A stretch of 64,000 bases of DNA from the NCBI GenBank assembly GCA_051362555.1, contig CM120645.1, forward strand, positions 6,820,001 through 6,884,000, written 5' to 3'. The translations under genes and the position numbers were made by a program. Shown here one piece after another: positions 1-12,026 of the stretch. Within the stretch, counting starts at the first letter, position 1; each line of letters opens with the position of its first letter. This DNA is from Lingula anatina. Taxonomy: Eukaryota > Animalia > Brachiopoda. A model generated the notes under the pieces. It was not told the DNA's origin, did no database searches, and saw only the letters and a program-made list of their open reading frames with translations.

Positions 1-241
1 ATGGCAGCAAATTGTTTCAGTGCCATTTCAACTTCAAAGGGCACCAAACGGAGATCTACTTTAACAATACATGTACCCGACCGCTGCTCGCATTGACATT
101 TGGCGAAAAGTTGTCGCTTGTTAATATATAATAAGAACTGTTAAACTAGCCTGATGATCAAAACGACCCTCTCTTGTTAAAATTCACCTGATTTACGATA
201 TAAAGTCAGGGTTAATGGCACTGACAAAGGGTTAAGTGATA

Positions 242-349
242 CTTACGTCATTCCTGGCTGTATTACGTCATTGCCTTTCCTGGCTGTGTTACGTCATTGC
301 CCATCCAGGCTGTATGACATCATTCATATTTTCAGGCTGTTTACGTTAT
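242..349. repeat. Short degenerate tandem array (about 20-27 bp unit, GGCTGT-n-TTACGTCATT core), 4-5 copies
   Basis: TTACGTCA at about 243, 263 and 289, variant TGACATCA at about 315 and TTACGTTA at about 341; each later copy is preceded by (C)CTGGCTGT or CAGGCTGT. Confidence 0.7.
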
Positions 350-1596
350 ATGACTTTTCATGTTTTATCGCACGAAATAATCTTCCTTGTCTCTAAAGAG
401 GCTACTACACGTAGTCAAATTTTTAATAGTCAAAATTGCAGCGTTTTCAATTCTTCAAATTTGTATGATTTTCACTCATTTTACTATATTTTTATAGACC
501 TTTTGTTGTTCAAGTTTTAGGGCCTTTAACGAGTAAAAATATAAAATAATCAAATTAAATCTATTTAGAGCAAACAATTAGTAAAGTGGATAACTATGTA
601 AAAATGAAGTGAGATTAACGATCTAATACGATTTATTTTAAAATCACTCAACAAAAACTAGTGATAGTGCTTAACACTTTCACCTATGAAAAAATGAACA
701 GTGCTTTTAACTACGCTACACCACACGCAGATGTCGACTCTACGCAGATGCGTTTCAGTTTTTTTCGTGCAGTGCATTTATTTGGCCAGTAGCCCATGTA
801 TAAACAGAATTAGTCGTGTTGCGTTCTTGTACATTTTAATTATCATCTACCAAAGCAACACGTTGTATATACCGGGTACCTAAACCTCTAATATCTGGGG
901 CATCTAAAATAGTAAACAAAATTAGAGTACAGACCGATACAATTATTTTGTAACAGACAATTAGAGGACCCTGTGTTCGGAGTGTTCAGAGGCACATTTT
1001 CCACCAGCCACAGTCAGAAGATTGACCACATTTAGCCCGACATTATCTGTTAATATCTAGTGAAAAATCAATCTGTGGCCCTGGTAGTGAGTAGTATATA
1101 CCCCTAAATAAGGTTCAAGACTGGTGTAATTATGCCTCGTGATTTATGTTATCTAAACCTAGCAATGAAATCTAAGATACGTGCACCTGCCCCGCCTACC
1201 AACAGTTTTGATTACGTGAATAAGTAATGCCAACCCTGAGGTTCGAAGTCTTAACCATGAGTCCCGGTCATCTACACCGGTATGAGTCCTCCAGTAATGT
1301 TCTGACTAATACATGTAGTATTTTTAAACTCAGGGTGTTTCTTCATAACGCAATACGTATATATTTACATGCATCACAGTCACAAAGCAATGTCTATAAC
1401 ACTTCAAAACAAGATTGTTAGTTATATGAAACCACTCCATGGCTTAAGCCTACTTGGACTATATATCACCGATATGCAAATAATTTAATAACCGTATGTA
1501 ACAACCCGTCCCACGAAGACAGAGAAAAAGAGAACTCGATCACAAAATTCTCCCACAGAGCGACCTGAACGACGATCCGTATGGGCTGCCCTTCGC

Positions 1597-1631
<35 letters not shown>

Positions 1632-1654
1632 TAATAATAATGATAATAATAATA
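1597..1654. repeat. (AAT)n microsatellite with ATG interruptions
   Basis: Directly visible trinucleotide run. Confidence 0.95.
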
Positions 1655-2500
1655 AACAATGCAATCGTGTTGGCGGTTTAGCACTGTGTGATACATGAAA
1701 ATATTACTAAGATCGTTCCGTTAGATCTACATGGGTCTAGTGTGAGTGTGCCCCTATACGCTTCACCTCATAGGCCCTTGTACACAGTTTTAGAGGCGAG
1801 GACCGATCATATCTTTACAATGGCATATTTCTGCGATATCTTAACGTCATATTTCAAGCACACACAAGGTTCTTTCACACAAAAATTGCATATAGGCACC
1901 CGTTCTTCCGATACATATCTATCATGTGCTCTTTTGCTATTTCTGTTCTTTGCCTTTAGGTTCTTATCGGCGCATATCTTTTTAATGTGAAAACAAGATT
2001 TATGTCCCTGTCGCAAGTTCCTTGATTGAAAAGAATTGCAGAAACAATGGAGAAGATGATTATCCAACATAAATCACTGCCTAGACATATACCGGGGTCT
2101 TTTTTTCATAACAATGCCTATTCGACTGATCATATTTGGGTGAAGGGTATTAACGTTTATAGAAGTGCTTAGATTTATAATCCGTTGTCAGATTAAAAGA
2201 GGTCGGTAAACACACAGATAAAATGTAAACATGACATGTATACACTGCGCTCTTTTTAGAGCGGCTTATGTAATGTTCACACACACACACACACACACTT
2301 GTACGCGAAGGTCATCCTAAACTAGTTGTGCATGAATATTTTCAACGTAAAAAACAATTGTTGACAAATAAACATCATACAGTTTCATTTATGCAAAATT
2401 CCGTCCTTTGGGAAAATAGTTTTAGCTTTTTTTGTTTAAATTTAGCTGACAGTTATTTTGCGAAATACAAGCTAATCATTGTGGTGTCTACATTCACCCC

Positions 2501-2501
<1 letters not shown>

Positions 2502-2561
<60 letters not shown>

Positions 2562-2592
2562 GCACACATACACACACACACACACACACACA
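2502..2592. repeat. Compound (CT)n-(CA)n microsatellite
   Basis: Directly visible. Confidence 0.95.
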
Positions 2593-4212
2593 AACACAAG
2601 TAGCTCACCCCCACCCACATACGCATCAAACAAATACGTAGCTGATTCCTAGTAAATAGGATAGGATGCGCTGTTGGACTTAATTTGAAATTGGTTTAAA
2701 AAAAGCAATACACAATTGCAACCGTAAGCCTCATAAATAATTCTTGTCAACCAAATAGTCTCATCACATCTCATTGTGTTGGGTACTATCGTTGACCTTT
2801 TTCTGCAGAAAATAACATCATTTATAAGAATTCACAACACTGAAACAAATGCGCGTATCAAATTTCACGTAAAAAAGACAAGTCTTATAAACGCCATTTT
2901 TTCTCATCTTTTCTCGTTATAGAAAAGGTGCAGACAGATCACCTTATATTACTTTTAAGTACAAGTTTACCCGGGGGCGTTTTGCATAAATAGAGACTGT
3001 CTTGACGGGGGATGAAACATTGTCCCAGCGTATAGAATAAGATTAAAAACAATTTATAAGAAAATATAATTTCGGTGAATTTAAGAAAGCGTGACAGTGT
3101 TTATGATAGCAAGTAAGGCTGGTAATAAACTGAAAGCATTTACAAAACTAACGTCCACTTGAATTAACACGCGAGAGAGGCATCAGTATGTCGTCGTTGC
3201 CGCATGCACAATGCACAGACCGCAACAGTACAATGCACGTCCATCATAAAAGAAAAAATCTCTCTTCAGCCTTGACGGACAGCAGATATTTCCATAAAGT
3301 ATTTAAGTAGTACTCGCTTTTGTTAACTAAATGCCATAACATGCAGAACACAACTATATCACTTTGCAGTATCCCGTTCATAGCAACGTACTGTGTTTAC
3401 AGATACGCTGTCTAGGTGCTTTGCCATCGTATGGAATCCTATTGTTGGTGAATAACCCCATAACTTTTAGGTATTTCAGGTTAAGCAAAACAGTTATTAA
3501 TCGAGTCTTGTTACGTTCACAACTATTTTTCAGTATATACCAGGGCCCATCTAGCTAAAATGCGCCGGAGGTCGGTAAGACTAAATAAGTTCTTCAGGCC
3601 ACAAAAACCATGCAAACTCAAACTCAGATTGTAGCTGTCATTCCAACGTGCACAGTAACGTTTTGTCTTCATTTTTTAGACACATCTTTAAAAGACGCAA
3701 GTTGTTGCACGTGACGCCGTGTATCGCAAAGAAAATTGGTTAAAAGATTAGTGTATCTTATACACCGCAAACACTCCACTCCCTAGTACCCTCCATGTTT
3801 TTCGAAGTAACTGTTGTAACGAGATAATTACTGTCAAAACAAACACGAGCGAAACGTGCACTGTTTTTTAAGTTGCCAAACAGGACATGCACCCTGAGAA
3901 TGGGAACACAGGTGAGTGACTTAATCCCGCGTACAAAATGTACCTGGATGGCGATAGTTTGACACCGCAGTAACAAATTCTTAACGTTTATCAAGACAAC
4001 AAAGCACCTTTTTATATGACAACTGGCTTGTGTCGTAACGGTACGTATCTTGATTTAAAGGGTGCTTGATGACTATTTCTTTCAGACGTGAACAATTACT
4101 ACAAATACGAATACGTGTAGTTTCAGTGGCGTCATACTGTTGCTAAGTGAAATGTAAATGACCACATCCACTGATGGGACCTCACATTTAAACTATGCAT
4201 AAAACCACGTAC

Positions 4213-4519
4213 CTGAAAAAATGAATTCCACGTCCTCAATTCTCCATCGTCTCACGTATCTAAGGGCCTCCAAGGTGGCATACAGGAGCACCAGCGCCAC
4301 AAGGTACACCACGCGAGGATCCCAGGCCCAGTACTTCTGGAAAATGTACCCTAGAGGCGAGTAGGTAAGGATGATCAAAAACGCCACCACGTCTTCGGGG
4401 ATAGTGTGGGCAATGCTGGGAGGTCTCTCTACCACGTCGCGGGAGGGTGACTCCGGTGTCGCCGCCGCTTGCACTGTCATTTCCCCCGGGTGTGATCCTT
4501 GGTCCTGACCCGTCGTCAT
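4213..4519 (-). CDS. Putative first coding exon of an unidentified membrane protein (102 codons + 1 nt; two hydrophobic segments). If unspliced, a 108-aa ORF ending at 4193
   Basis: ATG at 4519 with an in-frame stop 4 codons upstream; GC-rich, coding-like composition against an AT-rich background; hydrophobic stretches VVAFLIILTYSPLGYIF and VVYLVALVLLYATL followed by basic RYVRRWR; candidate donor CAG|GTACGT at 4213/4212. No family recognised and no downstream exon found. Confidence 0.45.
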
Positions 4520-6012
4520 GAGATCAAGTTAGGATGCCTTAGACATGTAAAATCCTAAGTTTCGCCGTTGTTGCCCGTGTTTGGACTTAAGTTAAGATGT
4601 GAGGCTTTAAAAGTAAGCCGTTGGCATCATCAAGGTGAAGAAGACGGAAGATGGAATCGAAATCCAAAACAGGATTTGAACAGTCCGTAAATTCCACCGT
4701 GAATTCCTCCCCCGCTTTCACTTTGCTTGTGGTTTCGTCCGATTTCTTGGCGTTCGGCGTATTGTTATGCCCCAACCTCGCTGTCGAGTTGCTATCTATA
4801 TCCGCGTGCGTCGTGATCTCACACTCATTAAGGGGTTGACGATTGTGTCATGTACAACGACATTGAAATATTAGCGGCCTCATTTGCTAGAGCCTAAAGG
4901 CAGGGAAACTGGGTACTTATTCATAAAGGCCTACTATAGCTACCTTGTACAGCACGGGGCTCGGAGACAATGCCTGCTTAAAATCCACGCTGTCTCGTGT
5001 TATAACACGCATAGGCGACCTTTTCCAGCTGGAAATCCGTGTTGTTATTGTTCTTGATGAACTTATCGTCAGTCATTAGCGTTCCCTTTTGTTTCAATCT
5101 CCGCGAATCGACCCTGCGTAAGCTTGCAGACGTCGGGTGAGACACAAGAGGTTGCTTTGACGGCGAAAAAAGAGAGGAAGCCCACTTCAAGTCAAGTTAA
5201 TCAGCAGGCCGGTCAGTCCTATGGATAAAGCATACTAAGCACAACCACCCACTGTTTCTGAAATTCAAAATGAACACGATGTCATTTAAATAATACTAAA
5301 CAGGTCGTTGTAATAGGCCTCAGTCGTCATGAGCACTGACAAGCTCCGCAGCCAGCCGGTGCGGGGTTTCCCAGTTCAGTTTTGACGCGGCTTCTCTCTT
5401 CCATGACACACCACCGAAAATTGCTTTGTTTATCACTATTTTTATAAATCTTTGATACTATTTATAGACTTACTCGTAGCTTAAACCGTGTAAACGGTCA
5501 TCTTTCAACCAAATCTGATAACGCTAGCCGGAGGACATCGGGCAATCTAAATAAACTGACCTGGACCAACAGACGACAGTCACTGGGCAATGTGGCCCGT
5601 GCACAACATGCTTGTCTGTTTTCTGTATCAAACATTAATGTGTACCGGCGGATTACTCATCTCTCTTCGGACACTGCTACCTGTTGAATCTATATTTATC
5701 AACATGTAACTTAACCAGTTAATGACTAATAAGGCCTCATTCTCTATATCAGCATGTATCTAGTTCAAGGGGTGGGGGAAGCGGATGTCTACAGGAAATG
5801 AAACAAAATTAAATTAGACATTTGTCGGTGATTTTTATTTCTTGAGAATTGGCTTTATGAAATGGATATCTTTATTCGACTAAACTCCGTGTTTTTCTGT
5901 CATTTGCAATATATTGCGAGAGAGAGAGAGAGAGAGAGTAAGAGAGAGAGAGAGAGAGAGATGTATAGCAAGGAGGGTAAAGGAAAGAGTGATGACAGTG
6001 ATGGACAGAAAG

Positions 6013-6263
6013 AGACCATTCCTAGACCCTATCGTACTAACTTTGGATCGAACTATCTCCGAGGGGATCCTCGCTTAATAGCAATTAACTTAAGCGGCTA
6101 AGATGTCTGTCACGCGTACTGAAGCTGATAGGGGTAAATTAACTATCGTTTAGCAGCTTTAGTAGGCGTCCCAGACAGCTAAGCTACTTAAGCTGAAAGC
6201 AATTTAGTGAGAAACCACGTGGAGATGGAACAATCATGTAAGATCGATCTAGGAATGGGGGCC
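6013..6263. mobile_element. MITE-like element (about 250 bp) with terminal inverted repeats
   Basis: CCATTCCTAGA (6016-6026) and its reverse complement TCTAGGAATGG (6248-6258), with imperfect pairing continuing inward; right end GGGGGCC followed by TA. Confidence 0.6.
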
Positions 6264-9200
6264 TAGTCAAAGAGTGATGTAGGGATAGGAAAATGTGGGG
6301 ATGTATGTACGAGTAATAGTACTGTATGTGTTTACTAGCTTAAGTTACTATGTAAAATTAAGATATAACTGTAGATAATTTAACACTTTATCGGACTTTG
6401 ATGGGTCCTAGTTTTATCCCAAGGGCAGATTGCGGTGTAGACTATGCTTTTGTACATATCAATATCGTTTAAAGTCCTCAACACCCAACACTAGTATTTT
6501 TCCAGTAAGAAAAAGACGACCTATTTAACCCCATCTCATGCTTGCTGAATACCCCAGGAATGACTTGACGTAATACATTGTGTACCGTATTGAGCTTGTC
6601 CCATTAAAAGAGCTTTCAATGTTCTCACAATACGAAGGACTATGTAACCAACTACTCTAAGACTCGCCTAAGTACTTCAAGCCAAACTTCTTTCGTCCTT
6701 TTGCACACCAAAACAAGCTTACTTTAGCGATACATTCTGTATCGGTACATTTTTTGCAGAGATGTAGAATGGGCCTTAGATTCATTGTGTCCATTCATTA
6801 GTGTCAAGCACAGTAACTTATAATGTCTGTCATTCTAACAAAAGAACAGTCATTAAAGCATAACATAACAAATATAGAGTGTGATCTGAATGCATACACT
6901 TACCGTACAAGTGAGTTATCGAAGCAGCGTATAGGCCTATCTACTGCGTTGTTATCCAGGACCGTCCGACTTAATCCCTTTCCGGTCGACGAAGAGTAAT
7001 TTCAATAAAAATTTGACATGCTGATAATCCTTATCTGACGGTATAGGTATGTAATTCACTGATACACTTCATAATGCGGCGAGGCGACCCTGCCAAGCGT
7101 ACTGTCAATATTTGTATGTCTCTTCATAGGTCGGGGCAATGTTGGTGACGGAATCTTTAACACAGATTGGATGGCTCGATAATCGACTGGATAAGTAGAC
7201 TGAGGCCCGTTAGATCGCGTTACGCCCATTACTAACCGTGCTAACCGCGGAAATGCACTTGTTTTTTTTATCAGTGAACGGGATCCTGTTAGGACAAAGA
7301 TTTTAAAGATTTCAGACCTATGTTTTGAAAGAATTCATTTTCCTTATTTTAGCTTTCTGGCATTATTGAAATATGTGAATCTTAAGCGGAAAATGGATGA
7401 AAACAAGTGTTTTGACACTTTTCTTTTGATTTGGTCATTTAAATAATCAAGAAAAATCAATCAGTTTTAAAAGATAAGGTAGTGCTATAATGAATCGACG
7501 AAGAAAAACACATTTCGAGTTTCAATGATTGTTTTACAGTGTAAGTTCATATCATGCTGTAATTAAACCTCCGCCTTGGGGAATGTTTGAGTTAGTTTAA
7601 CTTTGATATATATCCTATTAAAGTTTCTTGTAATGTCTATGTTCAGACAGAGTGACCTATAATTTCAACCACAGGAACAATAACAACGACAAAAAAGCAG
7701 TTCGCGTGACGATCAGGACAAATTGCTTCTTCAAACGAACAAAAACGATGTGTCATAAAGACGGCACTGAAGTAGAAATGAACTATACACAAATACAGTT
7801 TTGATACTGAAAGACCATACCGCCGAAATATAGAACCGTCCAGTACTGCACATGTAACAACTTTTATCCTTTGGACCCTGAAAGCGTTTAAATATTAAAG
7901 AATGTAAACCAACAGTTAGCACCTGTAAGTAGCATCTAAAGAAATAAGCATGCATTCGGCTGTTTCTTTTGCGTAATGATTTCATTCCTCTACCATATTT
8001 GTCTGTAAGGCCTTATCCTGCAATTCTAAAAAGCAGGGCAAAAACTCAAGTTTATTCTATGCATCTGCAAAGTACGAAAATGGAAATTTATTGTACATTT
8101 AAGTGGAATAAGAAAATTTTTGAAACATAACTGAGTATTAGCCGTCGAATTCCCAAGTGATACCATAACTTGCATTTTAAAATAATATGTATTATTAACC
8201 CTAGGAGCTTAAATTTCTTCACAAGATATGAGGTGAAACTGAAGTTACCAGCGTTTCAAAGTAGAACACTATTTTTTCTGCAACGTGACTGTGATAGAAA
8301 GCTACACATGTATCTATCAACTATATGTGCATTAACATTTGACTACAACATGGGAAGCTAATCATGAAAACAAATTTGGTCTCACTCTAAAATGAGCAGA
8401 CGTCTTATGACCGCCTCCCGACCTGTTCCAATCTCAAAGATAATCACCATTATCTCATGCATCTAAATGCTAACTTTCTATTATCGCGCGGGAAATGTCA
8501 TCAGACTGAGATAAGTTGCTAGTAATGGCGTTGACGACTATACTGGGTCATTCCTTTGAAGACGACAACACCTGTAAGGGTGTTGATAACAAATACACAG
8601 ATGTACAGTATATAAAAATTAAAGAAAAGGACAAGGGAAGATGAAAGGTTCGTGTTTTGTCCGCGCACTGGGTCAGTGAGTGCATTCACTGAAGAAGCAG
8701 AGCCCTGTAAATAAATATGCCATTATCTGCATTCCTTTTTTTTTAAACCTTTTTCTTTATGTAATTTGATATATGGTGCTTTCAGTTAAGATCTATAATC
8801 TTGTATTGAGGTTTGCACTGGTTTAAATGTCTAGTTTCGAATAAGGTACAGGGCACGTTAAGAACCTTGAGCCTGCAGCAGCTAGATTGCTAAAATTAAA
8901 GATATTTCTTTTCATCATTATATTGATAATATACAATGCTGCAGAATAGCAGGTGGATTAAAATTTGGTTCATTTTTCTCATTTCTATCTCTGGGTCATT
9001 TCTGGTACTGTATTATAGATGGGTACTTCAGGGAAAATCATTTGAATATAAAAGATTACGTCGCTTTCATTTGATATTGTTTGTAACTATGATTGTTTGC
9101 AAAAAGAAATGGAGAAACGCTCATTAATTATGTATAAATCTTGATAATTTAGGGGTGATTTATTATTTTGATAATCTATCCACTGACGAACCTAGGATAT

Positions 9201-9373
9201 CGAAATTTAATCCCCTCTAAATAAATATAATAAATAAATAAATGAATAAAATGTGATTGAAGTGTATGAATCACGTACTAACTTCGTTCGGAAAAGTGAC
9301 AGTACATGTACATAATAACTGAGGATATGGCGATATGATTCTCGATAAATTTTGCATACTGCATTGTGCCGTT

Positions 9374-9376
<3 letters not shown>

Positions 9377-9458
<82 letters not shown>

Positions 9459-9466
9459 GTGTGTGC
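9377..9466. repeat. Compound (CT)n-(GT)n microsatellite
   Basis: Directly visible. Confidence 0.95.
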
Positions 9467-10815
9467 GATTGTTCACGCTGACCAAGAATGAATACATTTT
9501 TTCATTTAGTCCTACTAATCGATACTCCCGATAACTGCGTTTATGTTTTGGTTTTCGACGAGTCATTCATCTTTTCGAGAAAGCCAAAACGGCGTCATTA
9601 CTTTCATCCCGTTTAGCTAAAAATCCAGGGCGGCATAAAAAAGTCTATCGAATACGCTCTGCTGATCAAAGAAAGTAATTATGAAGAAGGTGTGATATCG
9701 TTTCGAGCTGGCTATGAAAAATTTCATTTTCTCAGCACGTCACACAGATCGAAGCCTGTTGTAACTGGTGACACCAGGACGTGTGGGTGTTCCAAATGGC
9801 GTGAAATACCAGGAATCGATTAATTGCATTTTTCATTGTCACTTCATATGTAGGCCTAATTGCGGCCAGTAAAATGGACTTAAAACACCTTTACTGGTTA
9901 GGCAATTGGATGTGTATACATTCACTGAGTTATAGCAAATAGTGTGGGTTAGCGGCTCTAAATTTCTTCATTCAAGTTCCTTCAATCTACTAGCGCATGT
10001 AGGAGGTGTGTGGTTTAATTAACTTAACATCCCCGGCACAGAAGTTAATTTGAAGACTATGTTTAAGCGTTATATTGAGGACAATTACAATTGGGCTGTG
10101 TGGCATAGAGAAAACGCTCTATCGGTAATTTTTATTTCTTATGGAACTAATAGCCTTTAATTTGAAAGGAGAGAACTTCCTGACCATGATGGCGGTGCCT
10201 TTGAGTGTGCACACATCTCTGCCTACAGGCTCGACTGACGAGGATGAGCCTCGAGCTTCCTCGTTAATTCCCTGCCAACTTCTTTATTTCTTTGATTTCT
10301 CACGTGTCCCAGAAGACTGATAACTCGTTTGCAAACCTTGTTTGACTGGTACTTGGACATAATAACGTTATAATAACGTCATCTTACCCGCGACACAACC
10401 TACTAGTAGCAGATCTTTAAGTTGCAGATTTAAGCTTTTTTTCCCTTCTTACATTTTGTAAATGGGCCCAGTGCTCTATTAAAGGTCCAGACCTTTCTTT
10501 GGTTAGTTATGCAAATTACCTTTTTATTTGATAGAAAGTCATCCTTATGAGTGTGATGCACAGTAGCGTGTAGTTTGTATGCTGTTATCGTCAAGTGTGC
10601 ATTGTTTTATTGTTTCTTATCGATATAAGACAGTTTTAATATTGCTCACCCGAATATGCGAGGCGCTACTGGCAAATGGGTTTGGTATTCTGAGTGAGTT
10701 TGATGACCGCTGCTCTATTTTATAGAAATGCCAAATTGCATTGATAAATAAACAATGACAAAAGGAAGAACACAATTTTTTTATCATAATAAAGCTTTAT
10801 GCAGTCACGTTCAGC

Positions 10816-10866
<51 letters not shown>
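10816..10866. repeat. (AAT)n microsatellite
   Basis: Directly visible. Confidence 0.95.
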
Positions 10867-10867
<1 letters not shown>

Positions 10868-11939
10868 TGATCAATCACAAAAAACACTTCATTGAACTAA
10901 AAAAGATATTTTTCTAGTAAGATATTGATTGTCATTTTTCAGATATTTGTCAGATATTTAACATTGAAATACACCACAATACATGCTTTGCTGGTTTGTC
11001 TAATCCTTTATTTATTTGAAATGGTATTAATGCCGTAGTGTTAAATGAAAATCATAATCTAAAACATTAGAATGATTATGTGGATGTACTGTTCTCCCCT
11101 CTAGCATGAATGTGTTAGGTGTTCTTTTCTGGACGGTTGTGCTCATTGTGTTTCCACTGGACAGATTGTGTTAGATGAGTCTGGATAAACAAGCAGCCAC
11201 TGTGACAGTTGCAGCTTTTGCTGCGTTCGCTCTTGTTAAATTAAACTCTTATGTTAAATTAAACTCTTTTTGCAACAAGGATAAATAAAATGCTTTTTTT
11301 ACCTCCCATTACGCAATAAGCCGCTTAGTATTATTTTTTTCTTTTTTGCTGTCTGTTTGCTGTTTGTCATTTTTGGCTCCTGAATTAATGACCATAAAAA
11401 AGTCTCATCCTCAAAAGCCAGCTGTCTATAGAACATTTAAGGCTTCCTGAAGTAAACCGTCAGCCGTAGATTTAGCCACATTATGTGCTATTAATTGGGA
11501 ATTTATGCCTGTGGCATATTTTTTGAGAGGACGCTCACACAGAAAAAAGGGGAAAAATCAAAAATGCTACAAGAACAACAAAAAATTTTCCATTTATTCG
11601 CATCTTCTAATCAATTGAATGTCATTGGGTGGAATCTTATCGTAATATGCGGCGGAAATTACCCACACCAGACAGCCAACAGCAGGGTCAGGATTTCGAA
11701 AATGTGCAAGGGTAACTTGGACTTCTCAGCAATGAAACCGTAAAGCGTTAAAAGGGTCAATGAACGCCTGTTGCATGACCCTGCAAAGTCGGAGATTAAT
11801 CTTGGTTTTGGTTCGATAGATCACAACAGTGATAGCGGCGTGCAATCTGTGTGGGGGAAATAGATCACATTAATTTCCGAGAGAAAAATATGTTTCAGTT
11901 CAAAACGATTGATTCTGATTTAGATTACATGCCAATAAG

Positions 11940-11949
11940 GTGTGTGTGT

Positions 11950-12021
<72 letters not shown>
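11940..12021. repeat. Compound (GT)n-(GA)n microsatellite
   Basis: Directly visible. Confidence 0.95.

Positions 12022-12026
<5 letters not shown>

Noticed and set aside
10228-10265. CTGACGAGG...CCTCGAG as a hammerhead core
   Set aside because: Lacks the GAAA box and a cleavage triplet with stem I/III pairing.
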